Under the pieces are notes generated by a model. The model did no database searches and had not been told where the DNA came from. It saw only the letters and a list, made by a program, of their open reading frames with translations. A stretch of DNA of 64,000 nucleotides from Blastocladiella emersonii ATCC 22665 (lineage: Eukaryota > Fungi > Blastocladiomycota): NCBI GenBank assembly GCA_025594325.1, contig JANHCV010000004.1, positions 2,170,001-2,234,000 on the forward strand. The letters run 5' to 3'. Positions 48,449-60,800 of this stretch are shown here, one piece after another; position 1 is the first letter of the stretch, and each line of letters starts with the position of its first letter. Position numbers and translations under genes: made by a program.

Positions 48449-51400
48449 GTCGTTCATCTCGATCAACTTCTACCACTCGGCCCGGACGCGTCTTGGACTC
48501 TACGCTAGCTATCTGCTCTGTTGCAGCAGCTTCCGACTCGAGCTCGACAGCGGGTGCGCCTGACCACTGCAAGAGCAACACGTGAGTTGAATTTCTACGA
48601 CGACTGCCCGCCTCGCTCGGCCCGTTCCCATCACGGCAACCTCATCTCATTTGCCAGCGCCGCGCGCAGCGCTCGCCCGCGCGGGCCCACGCGGCCGCCC
48701 GCGTTCGCGCGATGCGATCATAGACCGCGCGTTCCGACCGCGTTGCGCAATCGGGCGCTGGCCGCCCACGAACGCGAGTCCGAGCCCGTTCTTGGCACCG
48801 CAGCGCGCGTGCGCGCGTGGCCAGTGGTGCCCGAGCCGGCGCCTTGTCTCGCCTCAACGTTCCATGATCGGAATCGCCCGCGCGGTTTCCTCCGGCAAGG
48901 AAGCGCCGCGTCATGCTGCGATGGTAGGCTTGCGCTGTGTCCCAGGACCGCGCGGCCGCGGTGGTCGGCGCGGAAGTGCGGGTGTCAGTCACGGTGAGGA
49001 AGGTCGTTCATTACGCGGTGGCGGCCGCCCGCGTTCGTGGGAGAGAGAAAGGAAGGATGCTCAACAAGAAGGTCTGCGGGCCGGAACGCGCGTTCGACAC
49101 GAGGAAGACTCCAACGCGCACCCATCGATCGGCGCCTCGATCATGGCCTTGTTCCCGCCGCCGCGCCGTGCCATGACAAGGCGTGACGTGGACTCGCGCG
49201 CTCATGCGCTCGCTCGGGAGGCATGACACGTCCGTAAGTGGGAAGTGCGCCATGCGGTGGGAGCCTATCGCCAGCCGCCATGGGCAGGGGAAGAGCGGGG
49301 TCGATGCCTCCGTGTGCTCGCGCACACGGCGCAGTATCCACCCGCGATAGCAAGTCGGAGCTCGCATGGCGCAACACGTTCGCGGACCTCGGAATACCGC
49401 CCCTTGCCCGATACGCGATGAAGCTCCCCGCATCGCGCGATCCTCGGCTGTGGCCGGATGGGCGCGCATGCGAGGATGCATGCACACGTCACCTGGAATG
49501 TCTGCATTCGCGTTGGGCTGTCCGCGCGCATGCCCGCGTGATGGGCGGGCGGACCATTTCACGGAACATCGCCCTGCCAAAGGTTTTCCTCCGAGCGATG
49601 GGCCGTGCCGGCGGCGCGCTGCGCCACAAGCACGTTCGCGATGCCGACGGGATCTCATTCGCTTCATTGCCGATAGGAGGACTCGGGAGTCATGCTGGTA
49701 CTCCAGTGCGCGAGTGGCGCGATGCGCAACGGATGGCCGGGGCTCAGTTGACCGACAATCGCCATCGCCGCGCGTCACCGACTCGCATTTAAACCGTGAT
49801 CTAGCCCTGATCTACCATATCAACGCGTCAAATTTTGACGTAGAATGGTGGCGCTAGTCAAACTTCACCTTACCTGAGGAGTTCGAGTCCCGAGCTTGCC
49901 TGTGAGCTGTCCGAGCGAACAGGATCAGTGACGGCCGCGAATCGCCTCACGCGTTTCCGCGTTCGCCGTTACTCAGCAGCCGATGGTGTGAACGGCGTAG
50001 CGTGCGACCTGATCGCAGCCTCGTCGCGTACAGCTCATGACCATCGCGCGGGAATTCTCGGCGCTCCCTCCAATCGGCGCCCGGTGTGGCGCGGGCGGGA
50101 ACACATGTCCGCGGCCGCAGCGACGCGCAGTTCATGACCGTTCGCTCGACGCCGCCCAGGTTCATGCCGTTCACATCGAGCGAACCACAATGCAAGCGCG
50201 CTGAGACGACCGCGAGAGCGAATCGTAGTTGACCGTGCGGCTGGAAAGTTGCTGCAAGCGTCGCCGTGGCGCGTCGCACTCGCTTCGCGTTGCGTATCAC
50301 GCCATGCCGTCGCAGCCACCCACCGGCGACGACCGCGACGCCACTACGCTCCCGTCCGAGCCGGCGGAGCGGGAACGCGTTCGCACGAGGCAACGCAACG
50401 GCTGCTGCTGCGCACGTTAGTCAGTGGCGCGGTGGCGGCGGGTTCATGAACTCCGCGCCGGTCGCCCATAGCTGGCCCCAGAACCCAGAATTAGACGATG
50501 GACGAGCGAGCGATCGTTCGATTGTGTACGCTCGAGACAAGGTTTTGATGGTGGCGAGACGCGGCCGCGGTCGCGGGAGTGCGGCACTCGACCAGATTAC
50601 GGCGAGGTCAGTGATTCGTCGTCTGATAATGCGGCGGCGCGGGCCCGCATGGCAGAATGGTGGCGCAGCCGCCGGCCTGGAGCACAACGAAAGGTTCAAC
50701 TCACTCCCCCAACATCAATCCGCGGCGACGCGATAGAGGGCCACGACGAGTCATCGACCTCGCCTCGTGGTGGGCGAGGCCGGCTCGGCCGAGTTTGCGG
50801 CGGAATTCTGTCGAGAATGAAGAAGCGCGCGCGCACTCGCGAGCTGAGGCAAAGTGAAGAAGCAAACAAGCGAGCGAAGCACGGCGGCGGCGGCGGCGCC
50901 GCGTGGATGGTCGGATCGTCTCACTCATCAAACGTTCTTCTTCTGCGGCACGTCGCAGCCGCCCGCGCCGCCACCGCCACCGAGAGTGAGAGAGAGACCA
51001 GAAGTGTCGGCGCCGGAAGCTGGTGAGTGGCCAGGGCCTGTGCCGTTCTCGCGGCGCGCGCGCGCACCAGCCGCGCAGCTGCGTCGACTTGGCACCGGGC
51101 ACCCGCTGCTAAGCACTGCGCCGGTGGAGCCCGAGGTGGGGCCTACGGCTCCGCATCGAGGTGCTGTTTGCGTTTGAAGTCTTCGAAGGGCCATCACGAG
51201 TGTGCGCAGTGGCGAAGAAGCGGATTCGACGTCGACGACGCGTGCGGCTCGCTCAACGCGACGCGCCACAGCGTGCGTGACATGAAACGCTCCCTCGCGG
51301 CCCCGAAGCGTCGTGATCGAGCAAAGCACACGCGGGACGCGTCATGAACGCGTCTGACGGAGGATGACGGCGCGCGGGCCTTGTTCACGGCGGTGAAGCT

Positions 51401-53071
51401 TTCTTGGTTTCGCGGGGGTCAAGTCAAGCGGGTGGAGCGTGACGACGGGGACGCGCGATGGGAGACATGACTGGATCTGACGGAGGCCTCTCCCCTCACC
51501 TCGACCGCGACGGTCCCTGAGCCCCGATGCGACCGGGGCGTGGATGTCGGGTCGAGGTGAGGTGGGCGACGCGCGGCCACGCGTCGACCGGGCGGGGTGC
51601 GAGACGCGCGACGCGCACTCGGTGATCGTGACGAACCACACGGCGCGATCGGGACTCAGGGTCGCGCACGATGGGTCACGATGATGGCGGCGGTGAGAGA
51701 CGGAAGCAATGGGCGGGATGGGGCGGGAGTGGGAGAGGGATCAGCGTGACGGGTCGCGAAGCAAGCAAGCGCGACAGCGACTACGGCGGAAGGGACCGTG
51801 ATCCTGTCGTGATGGTCAAGTCACTTTCGAGCGAACGAAAGGACCGGGATCCACGTCGAGGACGAGCGCGTGGTGGCCGAGGCGGCGAGGGCCGGCCGAC
51901 GCGACCCTCACGGCGATGACGACGCGAGCGGGTCGCGACGCGTGAAGCGGGCTCGAGGCCGCGCGCGTTTGCTTCTCCTCTCAAACCAGCGCGAAAGTGA
52001 GCGAACCGTGAGGGAAAGGTGCTATATTGGCAATGCAGGAGGTCGCGGGCCGTGCCTCCCTGTCAGTCATCGCTGGTCACGGTGCCGCAGGGCAGGGCAG
52101 GGCCGGGGACAGAGGCCCGTGTGGTTCGGCGGCGGTGGTGCGCTGAGCGGCGGGCGCGTTTTCTTGTTACGCGGGGCTCACGGGCGGGCGCGGTTGGTGG
52201 GACGCGGCGTGCGGGGGAGGGCGCAATATGGGGCCAGACACCCTCGGTCTCCCCGCACCGGCGCGCGGGAGCGGAGCGAACCTTCTCCGCTGGCAATCTC
52301 GGCCGGCGCGCGCGCACACGCACGCGGACACGCGGCGCGGCGCGCCCATATCCAGACACCCGCGCAATATGGGCCCACCCACCCCCGCCCGCCCGCCGCG
52401 CGCCGCGCCGCGCCCCGCGCGAGGAGGCGCCTCGCCTCGCTCCGCACGCGCGGCCCAGGCCCAAGGCGACCACGACGCGGAGGGAACAGAAAAAAAAAAA
52501 TGCCGGCCCGGCGCACCACAGCAGCCCTGCCGCCCAGTGCCTGCCGGGCCCGGCGGCCGGCCAGAGCCGCGGATCTCGCCCTCGCTCTCCCCCGCCCGTC
52601 CCGCCCGCCCCCCGCACGCCCGCCCGATTCCATAAAACCCCCACGGACCCGCGCGGTCTCGGCCTGCCCTCCACCTCACCCGCCCTGCCCGCCCTCCTCC
52701 CCTCCCTCCACCCTCGATCGCTCGGCCCTCGGCCCGCCCTGCGACGACGCCGCCACGACACGACATCCGAACGACGACTCGCCGACTCGACGACACTCGA
52801 CTCGCCGACCTCCGACCGACGCCGCCCGCCTGCCTCCTGTCGCCGTCCCCACCCTCACCCCCCCCCCCGTCTGTCCACTTCCCCGCGACCGACGCGTCGC
52901 GCCGACCTCGACCAGACTCGCCTCCAATCATCACGCGGGCCATCACTGTGCTCTGCCGCCCTCCCTCCACTCCGTTGCGCACCTCGACCGGCCGGCCATC
53001 ATCAGCCTGCCCATCATCCTCCCGCCTTCCCACGCACCACCCACCCCTCCACCACCACCCTCTCGACCAAG

Positions 53072-55360
53072 ATGCCCGGCAGCACCTTCAACGTCAAGAA
53101 CCTGACCATCACGGTCCCGTCGCAGTCGATTGCGCCCCTGTACCCGTCGTCGTCCACGTCGACACTCGCGCCGTCGCCGCGCAGCTCGGTGCCGGCCGCC
53201 GAGCCCGCGCCGCTGACCACGTCGCACGTGCGCACGTTCGCGGCCGACGGCCGCATCGACGACACGCGCCCGCTCAAGCGCCGCCGCAACAACCCGTTCG
53301 AGCAGCAGCAGCAGCCGCCGACCCCGCTCACGCCCACGAGCGCGACGGGCGTCGAGGCCTTTGCCGCGGCCGCGGCCGTCGGCGGCACGTCGACCATCAC
53401 GCCGCCCTCGGGCGGCCTCCGCCACGGCCAGCAGCAGCACCACCACCAGCACCAGTACTCGCACTTTGCCGCGCACCAGCAGGCGCAGCTCCTCCAGCAC
53501 CAGCAGCTGCCGCTCACGCCGACGACCCCGCAGGCCATGGTCGCGGTGGCCGCGGCGGCGCCCGTGTCGGGCCACTACCACCACGCGTACCAGTACGCGA
53601 CGGTCCAGCACCAGCACCAGTACGCGCACGCGCACCCGCCGTCGGCGCTGCGCCGGCCCTCGCTGCCGCCGCTCGTGTCGGTTGTCGGCGTGCCGTCGGT
53701 CAACGAGAACGCGCGCGTGCAGGTGGTGACGCCGGCGCCGGCCTCGGCCATCGACATGGTCGCGGACTCGCGCGGGCTCAACCCGTTCGAGCACCCGGCG
53801 GCCAAGTCGTCGGTGTCCATGACGTCGAGCCCCGCGCTCGCGCTCCTGTTCCACCGCGAGGCCGCCAACAACCACGGCCGCCAGTACCTCGCCGAGCACA
53901 CGGACATGGCCGGCGGCCAGATGGTCAGTGTCGCGCGCCACGCGGCTCTCGAGTGGCTCATCTGGGTATGTTTTCTCCTCTCTTCTCTTCCTTGGTGGGT
54001 GGTGGGTGGTGGCGGCGGCGGGCGAGCGGGCTCCGGGTCGAGGTGCTTCGTCACCAACGACGCTCGGACCCAATCAACCGCAGCCCCGATCGCGGCGCCG
54101 ATCCCGATCCGCCCGTTTCGCCGGCGTGTACGCGGCAGGCGGGGATTGTGGCGAGCTGCATGTCTGCACCGAGCGGGCGGCGGCGGCGGCGACCGGTGGC
54201 GGCGCGCGTTGCGCCACTCGGCGCCGAGCTCGCCACAAACCCACCACCTCTCCTCCCCACCTTCGCCACATCTTCGCCCGAGCCACCCGAAAGAACTGCA
54301 TGCTAACCTCGCGCAACACGTTCTCCTGCAGGTCAACTCGCAGCGCTCGTACCGCTACACGACCGACACCATGTGCGTCGCGGCCACCTTCATGGACCGG
54401 TACCTCGCGGCGCAGTCGGCGCGCACGTCCTCGTCGAGCAGCAGCAGCAGCGGCGCGGCGTCGCCCGCGGCCAAGTCGGCCGGCTCCCCGGTCGCCGGGT
54501 CGCAGCGGTCGTCGTCGGCGGCGCTCGAGCACCTCGAGATGCTGCGCGGCAAGCCCGGGGCCGTGCCCGTGTGCCTGTGGCGCACGTACGACTGGCGGTT
54601 GCTCGCGCTCGTGTGCCTGTCGCTGGCGGCCAAGATGGTCGAGGAGTACGACGACCCCATGATGCGCGACATGGCCAGCCTCGACTTCAAGCCCGACCAC
54701 GTCCGCAAGATGCAGCTCGAGGTGGCCAAGGCGCTCGCCTTCAACATGTCGTGCGCGTCGCCCGTCAACTTCATCCACGAGTACCTGGCGCAGCCCGAGA
54801 TCGTGCGCCTCGTGACCGAGCTTCTGCCCGCGGCCGCGCCCGCGTCGCCATCGACGGCCGAGTCGACGACCGAGACGTCGGCGCCACGGCAGCCCGACGG
54901 CGCGCTCGAGCAGTGGGCCGGCATGCTCGCGCCCGAGGTGTCGCGGCCGCTGGTGGCTATTGCCGAGCAGTACCTGATGGTGTCGCTGTCGTCACCCGAG
55001 TCGGCCGTGTACAAGGCGAGCGAGCGCGCGCTCGCGGCGCTCAACGTGGCGCTCGACGTGCAGTCGATCAAGCTCAACTCGGTCACGGTCACGGCCGCCG
55101 ACGGGTCGCGCCGCGTCCAGTACTCGAACAAGTCGCTCATCCTCGGCTTCATCGGCGCCGCGGCCTACTACACGGCCCAGCGCGCCAACGACTGCCGCGA
55201 CGTGTTCCTGCGCATGCTGCCCCGCGAGCACTTCTTCGCCCCGCCCGCGGCCGCGACCTCCGCGGCACCGGCCGTCGCCGTCTCCGCTGGCTCGGTGGCG
55301 GCCGCGGCCGCGGCCATGGCGTGCTCGCACGCGTCGGTGCCCCAGGGCATGGCCATGTAA
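53072..55360 (+). CDS. Cell-cycle cyclin, most similar in motif to D-type/G1 cyclins, 2 exons, 640 aa
   Basis: Cyclin box ARHAALEWLIW|VNSQRSYRYTTDTMCVAATFMDRYL...RLLALVCLSLAAKMVEE...KMQLEVAKALAFNMSCASPVNFIHEYL. Exons are 53072-53965 and 54332-55360; the 366-nt intron has a GCTAAC branch point. The N-terminus is long and Q/H/P-rich. Confidence 0.82.
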   Translation: MPGSTFNVKNLTITVPSQSIAPLYPSSSTSTLAPSPRSSVPAAEPAPLTTSHVRTFAADGRIDDTRPLKRRRNNPFEQQQQPPTPLTPTSATGVEAFAAAAAVGGTSTITPPSGGLRHGQQQHHHQHQYSHFAAHQQAQLLQHQQLPLTPTTPQAMVAVAAAAPVSGHYHHAYQYATVQHQHQYAHAHPPSALRRPSLPPLVSVVGVPSVNENARVQVVTPAPASAIDMVADSRGLNPFEHPAAKSSVSMTSSPALALLFHREAANNHGRQYLAEHTDMAGGQMVSVARHAALEWLIWVCFLLSSLPWWVVGGGGGGRAGSGSRCFVTNDARTQSTAAPIAAPIPIRPFRRRVRGRRGLWRAACLHRAGGGGGDRWRRALRHSAPSSPQTHHLSSPPSPHLRPSHPKELHANLAQHVLLQVNSQRSYRYTTDTMCVAATFMDRYLAAQSARTSSSSSSSSGAASPAAKSAGSPVAGSQRSSSAALEHLEMLRGKPGAVPVCLWRTYDWRLLALVCLSLAAKMVEEYDDPMMRDMASLDFKPDHVRKMQLEVAKALAFNMSCASPVNFIHEYLAQPEIVRLVTELLPAAAPASPSTAESTTETSAPRQPDGALEQWAGMLAPEVSRPLVAIAEQYLMVSLSSPESAVYKASERALAALNVALDVQSIKLNSVTVTAADGSRRVQYSNKSLILGFIGAAAYYTAQRANDCRDVFLRMLPREHFFAPPAAATSAAPAVAVSAGSVAAAAAAMACSHASVPQGMAM

Positions 55361-57889
55361 GGCCATCGCGCTCCTCGCCCTTGTCGCTCGCGCACGCACT
55401 GGTGCAGCGCGGCGTCCTTCTCCCCCCTCTCGCCTCCCATCCCATCCTTATTTTCTGTAGTATTCCTTTGTATACCCATCCATTTCTGCGGCTTTGCACA
55501 CACCAACCCACCCATTCGACATGAATAACTATCCCATTGATAATCGCACACAACTTGTCTCTCTCTCGTGTCTCTTGCTGGTCGAGGTCGAAGGTGATGG
55601 TCCTGCGCAACTTGTCTCGTGTCTCCGACTTGATGATGTCGAAGATGATGATGGTCATGTTCGTCGAGCGACTGACGATGGCCACGGTGGCCACGGTGGC
55701 CAAGGAGTCGAGTCGCGTGTGCGCGAGCAAGCGAGCCGGTGGCGGGCCTGGAGGTCGCGCGCCCCGTCGAGATGCGAACGCGACCGACCAAGCGAGCGAG
55801 CACGCGACCCGCCTCCTCGCCCGCCTCAATAAAACGCTCATTAACGGGGGCAGGATCAGTCCATCAGGAACCGAAAGCGCGCAGTCACCCGGCGCCCTCT
55901 CCGCCGACCCGCGCGCGTGCGCGCACGCGCGCGTGCATCGCCCGTGTGGTGATCGGGCACGCGTGCGCGCAGAGCCGCGGGTTACGTACGGCAACCCGAG
56001 AAGCTCGACGGTGGCGAGCGCGGACAAGTGAGTGATGGCAACTGGGCCCACGCGCCTCGCGCGCCGCGAGGTAAGCGGCGGGCCGGACCGGGCCGGAGGA
56101 GCGGGGAACGTGTTCGGCTCCGAGCCGGCGGCGCGGCACGGCAGTGATGGACGAGGCGGAGTGGCGTTTCGCGTTGGTTGGAGGCGCGAGGCGCGCGGAA
56201 ACCCTGCACACGCCGTCTCCCTTCCTGGCCGCCGCCGCCGAGCGCACAGTGGCGGTGGCGGAGGCGGTGGTTGGCTGTGGTCATGGATGTGCGCGGACAC
56301 GGCGGCATGACTCAACCCCCGGCCCGGACGTTTAACCCCGCGTGGGATTCGGTGAGCGAGCGCGAGCGCGGACATGTGATGGCGAGGAGAGGGGAGGGTG
56401 CGAGATGACCGACGCGAATGCGACCGCGACGCGCCATGGCGAGCGAGGGCGCGGTCACGTTTGGTTCGCGGCGGCTGCGGCCACGGCCACGGCCATGGCC
56501 CCGATCACTCGATGAAAGTGCGATGGCGCGTGACGGCCCCTTTCCCACAATGAGGTCCCCCATCTCGCGAAACAACGAGGAACAAGCACGGCCGCGGGGC
56601 GAGGGGGGCAACGTGGGGCGGCCGGCGCGTCGATCGGGCCGCGCACGCCCCGGAACTGGCGCTGGCGGCCACGATTGAGCGCGGACAAAACTCAATCGCG
56701 CGGCGGAATGAGGTCCCCGTACGCGAGGGGCCGAGGCGGAGCTGGCGCGCGCTCGGTGCACCGGTCGCGCGCTGGCCCACGGGCCCGCCGCCACTCGAGC
56801 CGGCGCGGCCGTGTGCCGGACCCGATCGTGGCCCCCCACCGTCGCCGTCGTGGCCGTCGAACGTGACAGCGGCCGCGTCAGCGTGAAGTGTCTCCCGGCA
56901 GCGCGAAATGAGCGAGAGCGAGAACGCGAGTGGTGCGCGGCCACGATCGGCTCGCGGGCCGCATTGATGGCTCGTGGGCACGCGGGCTCGCGTTCCCGCG
57001 TTCGCGCGCGGCGCGCCACGGGCCGCGTTCGGCCGAGTCCCCGGACGGCCGTGGCGCCGCCACGCGACGCGATCGATCCGCGGGCCGGCCACAGTGGCGT
57101 GATCCGGCGTGAGCGCCGAGATACGCGTTGCTCGTCTCGGACGCCACCGACCCTGCTCACTCGCATCCCCGGCGCCGCTCGCGACTCCGTGCAACGCTGC
57201 GGCGGTCGCCCCACCGACTCTTCCCCGAGCTGCGCGGCTGCGGACGCGACCTCGCGCTCGCACGCGCGGCGACGCAGCCACCGACTCGCGCGGCCGTTTC
57301 ACTCGCCTTCGACTCCGGCCTTCCACCTCGCGCACGAAAAGGTCGGTCGCTGCGGCTCGCCCACCCGACCCGACCCACCTGGCCCACTTCGCTTTGGCAG
57401 GGCCCAACGCGCAACCCGCAGCCAACGCGGACCTGGCCGAGCCCACGTTGGTACGCTTCCCCTACGCTTACCATGCGCTACGCCCAGCTCAGCTCAGCTC
57501 GCGCGTGCGCCACCCGCCCGACCTCTCCGTCTTCGCTCACTCGCGCTGACGTGGCCGCGGGTGGGGCCTCGCTGCTGCGTGCGCGTTGGGCAGATCCCTC
57601 CATCCGCGCGTGACCTCATATCCGAGCAATTAACTGCCCTCCGCGATGACTGCGCGCGTTGCTTCTAACCGCTAACGCGTCCGCCTCCGCCTCCGGATCG
57701 CCGTGTCTAGCGCGGGCGAGGACATCGCGTTGTGCGTCCGCGGGGCCCCGATCGCCCGCCCCGCACTCCCTTGCGGACAGGCGCGACCGCCTCCGCCCGC
57801 CCCCGACCCGCTCGGCCCGCCCGACGCAGCGGCCGCTGCCTCCCGCACCCCCCGCGCCTCGCTCGTCGCCGTCTCTCGACCCTTCGATC

Positions 57890-60800
57890 ATGGAAGCGCA
57901 CCTCACCGTCGCGCCGTGGGTCGCTCCCGCCGACGCCTACGCCGCAATCCACGACCGCGTTCATGCTCGTGACAACGCGGATGCCGCGCCCCGCTCGCCG
58001 CTGGCCGGGCTCACCACCCTCGACCACGCCGGCGTCCTGCACGAGGCGCAGCTCGCCGACGCGGACCGCCGCGTTGTCTGGCGCGTTGGCGGCCACGTCC
58101 GTGCCGCGCTCTCGTTCAGCAGCGGGACCGTCACGCTCGCCGTCGTCGCCGTCGCGTTTTGCTACTTTCCTGCCGCGTCCGACGCGCCCTTCCTCGCCGT
58201 CGCCCTCGCCGACGCCTCACTCCGCTTCCTCGACGCGCGCTCGGGCGACGTGGTTGTCGCTGCCGTCCCCGCGCCACCCCTCGCGCTGTTCGCGCCAGCG
58301 CGGGAGACGGGCGGCGGCCTGCTTCTCGCCGTTCCCGCGGATCCCACCCCTGTCGCTGTCGCGGCCGCCGACGTGCTCGACCAGGCGTCGCCCGCTTCCC
58401 CGTACGCGGGCCGCACCCGCGTCGTCGCCATCGTCGACCACCCCCTTGCGCAGCCGACCCCGCTCGTGCTCGACGCGGCCGCTCCCACCGCTACCGCTAC
58501 GGCTGCGGCTGCGCCAGATGCGGGAGGGTGGCGCAGGCCCGCACCAACGCGGCCGCCCGCCCCGACGCGGACCCCGTGGTCGCTCGACGCCGGCGCCCGT
58601 GTTCTCCTCGTCGACGGCGAAACGCTCGTCGCCGCGTCGCCCGCTGCCGTCTCCGTGTTCTGCGTCTCGCGCCTGCCCGAGCTGTCGGCCGCCGACCTGC
58701 TCGCGTCGCTCAACTCGCCGCCACCAATGCCGTTTCCCGCGTCGCCGGCGGTGGGGGGTGGCGCAGCCGCGACTGCAGCACGTCGCTCGTTGCGCGGGCG
58801 TAACTCGCGCGACGGATCGCTCGGCTCGCCGGCGGCCGTGTTTGGCACACCGCGCGGCGGCGGTTCGGCTGGCACACCACCACGGATCGCTGATGCAGGC
58901 GGGTCGGGTGGACCGGCCGCCGTCGTCGACTGGCGACCCGAGCGCGCGCGCGTTGCGCTGACGCGTGTCGCGGTGATCCTCACGACGTCCGCCGTCACCG
59001 CGGCGTTTGCGTGCCTCGACGTCGAGGGCCAGCGTCGGGTCGCGCTCGTCACCGCGGCGGGTGCACTACGCATCATTGACCCGGCGACGGGCGGGATCGT
59101 TGACGACGTCGCGGGCGTCATCGCCGCGCAGCCCGTCCGGTACCGCGGCCGCTCGCACCCGCTCATCCTGCTGCGCGGCGGGCCTGCGAACCCTCCGTGC
59201 CTCGCGCTCTGGCTCGGCGCTGGTGCTGACCTGCTCGTTCCCGTCGCTACCGTCCCGCCCGCCGTCGCCGTGCACGGGCTCGCCGACCTTGGCGGGATCG
59301 CCCCCAACTTTGCCGTCGCCATCCTCGCTGACGGCTCGCTGTACGCGCTCCACCTCGTGCACCCACGGTGGGATGCGTCGCCCGCCCTCGCAGCCGTTCG
59401 CGCTGCCCTCGAGTCCGCGCTCCCCGCATCCACCACCGCGACGCTCGTCCGCGAACCACCCGAGACCCCGCTCTCGCTCCTCCTCGCACGCGCGTGCCCG
59501 ACGCTCCCGCTCCGCCAGGCCGCGACCCGCGTTCTCGCCGTGCTCGTCGCCGAGTGGTCCCTCGACGCGCTCCGCGAGCGCGACACTCGACACCTCGCGT
59601 CCGTCGTCGTCCGCCTCGCCGCGTCGATCGGGTGGACCCGCCACGTCGAGCACGTCGCGCTCCGATACGCGGTCCGCGAGCTGAACGTCGCGGCGATTGC
59701 GGCCGAGGGGTGTGGCGGTGAACCGCTGCTCGCGGCGGTCGACCCGGACGAGCCGCAGACGCTGGATCTCGCGCGGTGGGCGATCGAAGCGGCGCGCAGC
59801 GGAACTCTGGAGCCGTGGTCCGTGGACGCGGACGTCGCGCCCGTCGCAGCGGCGCTCGAAGCGATCGTCACCGCGCTCGTGTCGGACGCGAGCGTCGAGC
59901 TCGCCATGCACCACGTCGTCGCCATGCACCGCGCAAACCGCGCCGCCATCGCGAGCCTCCCGTGGGGCTGGCGCATCGTCGTTACCGCCGTCGTCGAGCT
60001 CGCGCGCGACACGACGCTCCCCGCCGGAGGAAGCGTGCCGTGCGACGTCGTCGACCTGCTGCGCCGGCCCGAGCTCGCTCCTGCTCCCGCTGAGCCCGCT
60101 GCCACTGCGGACGGCGCGGACGACGACGAGTTTGCCGCCGACCCGGCCGGCTCCGTGCCGCGGTCCCACCTCGCGCTCGTCACGTCGCTCCTCGGCCTGC
60201 CCACCTCGATCGTCCTCGCGCACCCGTTTTCGGACGCGGCCGTCTCCGCCGACGACCCGGGCGTCCGCCAGATCAAGCAGGACCTCGCCGACGCGTTTGC
60301 TCTGCGCGCGTGCGCCGTGGTCGTCGGCCGCTCGGCGCTCGAGTTCCGCACCGCCCGCGTGCACGTCGCACGGCAAGTCACCGGCGGCAGCACGACGACG
60401 ACCACGGCTATCGATGCGCTCCCGCCGCCGACCCGGATCGACGTTTCAGCGACCTTCAGCAAGCTCGACGGCGAGCCCGTGCCCGGCGACTCGTTTGAGC
60501 TCGACGCCGCCAACCCGGACCTTGCAGCCTATTTTGCGTGGCCCAACTTCCACGCGGGCGTCGCCGACGCGCTCGCCCTCGACTTTGCGGGATCCCCGGA
60601 GCCCGCCGATATCGAGGCGTGGCTCTGGTCGCGCCGCCGCACCTCGGGTCCCGTCGCGACGTGGGCGGGCACGCTGCTCGGTCTCGGCCTCACGGGCCGC
60701 CTGCGCGGCGTCACGCCCATCTTTACCCTGCGCGTCCTCGGCGAGCACAACCCGTTCATCGAGTCGGCGTTCCTGCTCGGCCGCGCTGCGGGCGAGGCCG

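Noticed and set aside
49238-49792. 184-aa ORF containing TFADLGIPPL, like a DEAD-box Q motif
   Set aside because: There is no following PTPIQ, Walker A or DEAD motif, and no host codon bias.
49845-49895. tRNA gene suggested by GTTCGAGTCCC
   Set aside because: The T-stem has two mismatches and no acceptor or anticodon stems form, so I did not call a tRNA.
45388-51996. E2F/SBF-like GCGSSAAA sites upstream of the cyclin (45388, 48244, 51989)
   Set aside because: Three 8-mers over 9.5 kb of CG-rich DNA are not clearly above chance. A proper background test would be needed.
52019-53071. N-terminal extension of the cyclin in the 1113-aa ORF-track entry (and similar extensions for NUS1, RPS4, APC1 and the cyclin K-like gene)
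   Set aside because: These come from alternative start codons and from read-through of in-frame introns or UTRs. I used ATGs in good context and GT-AG splicing instead.
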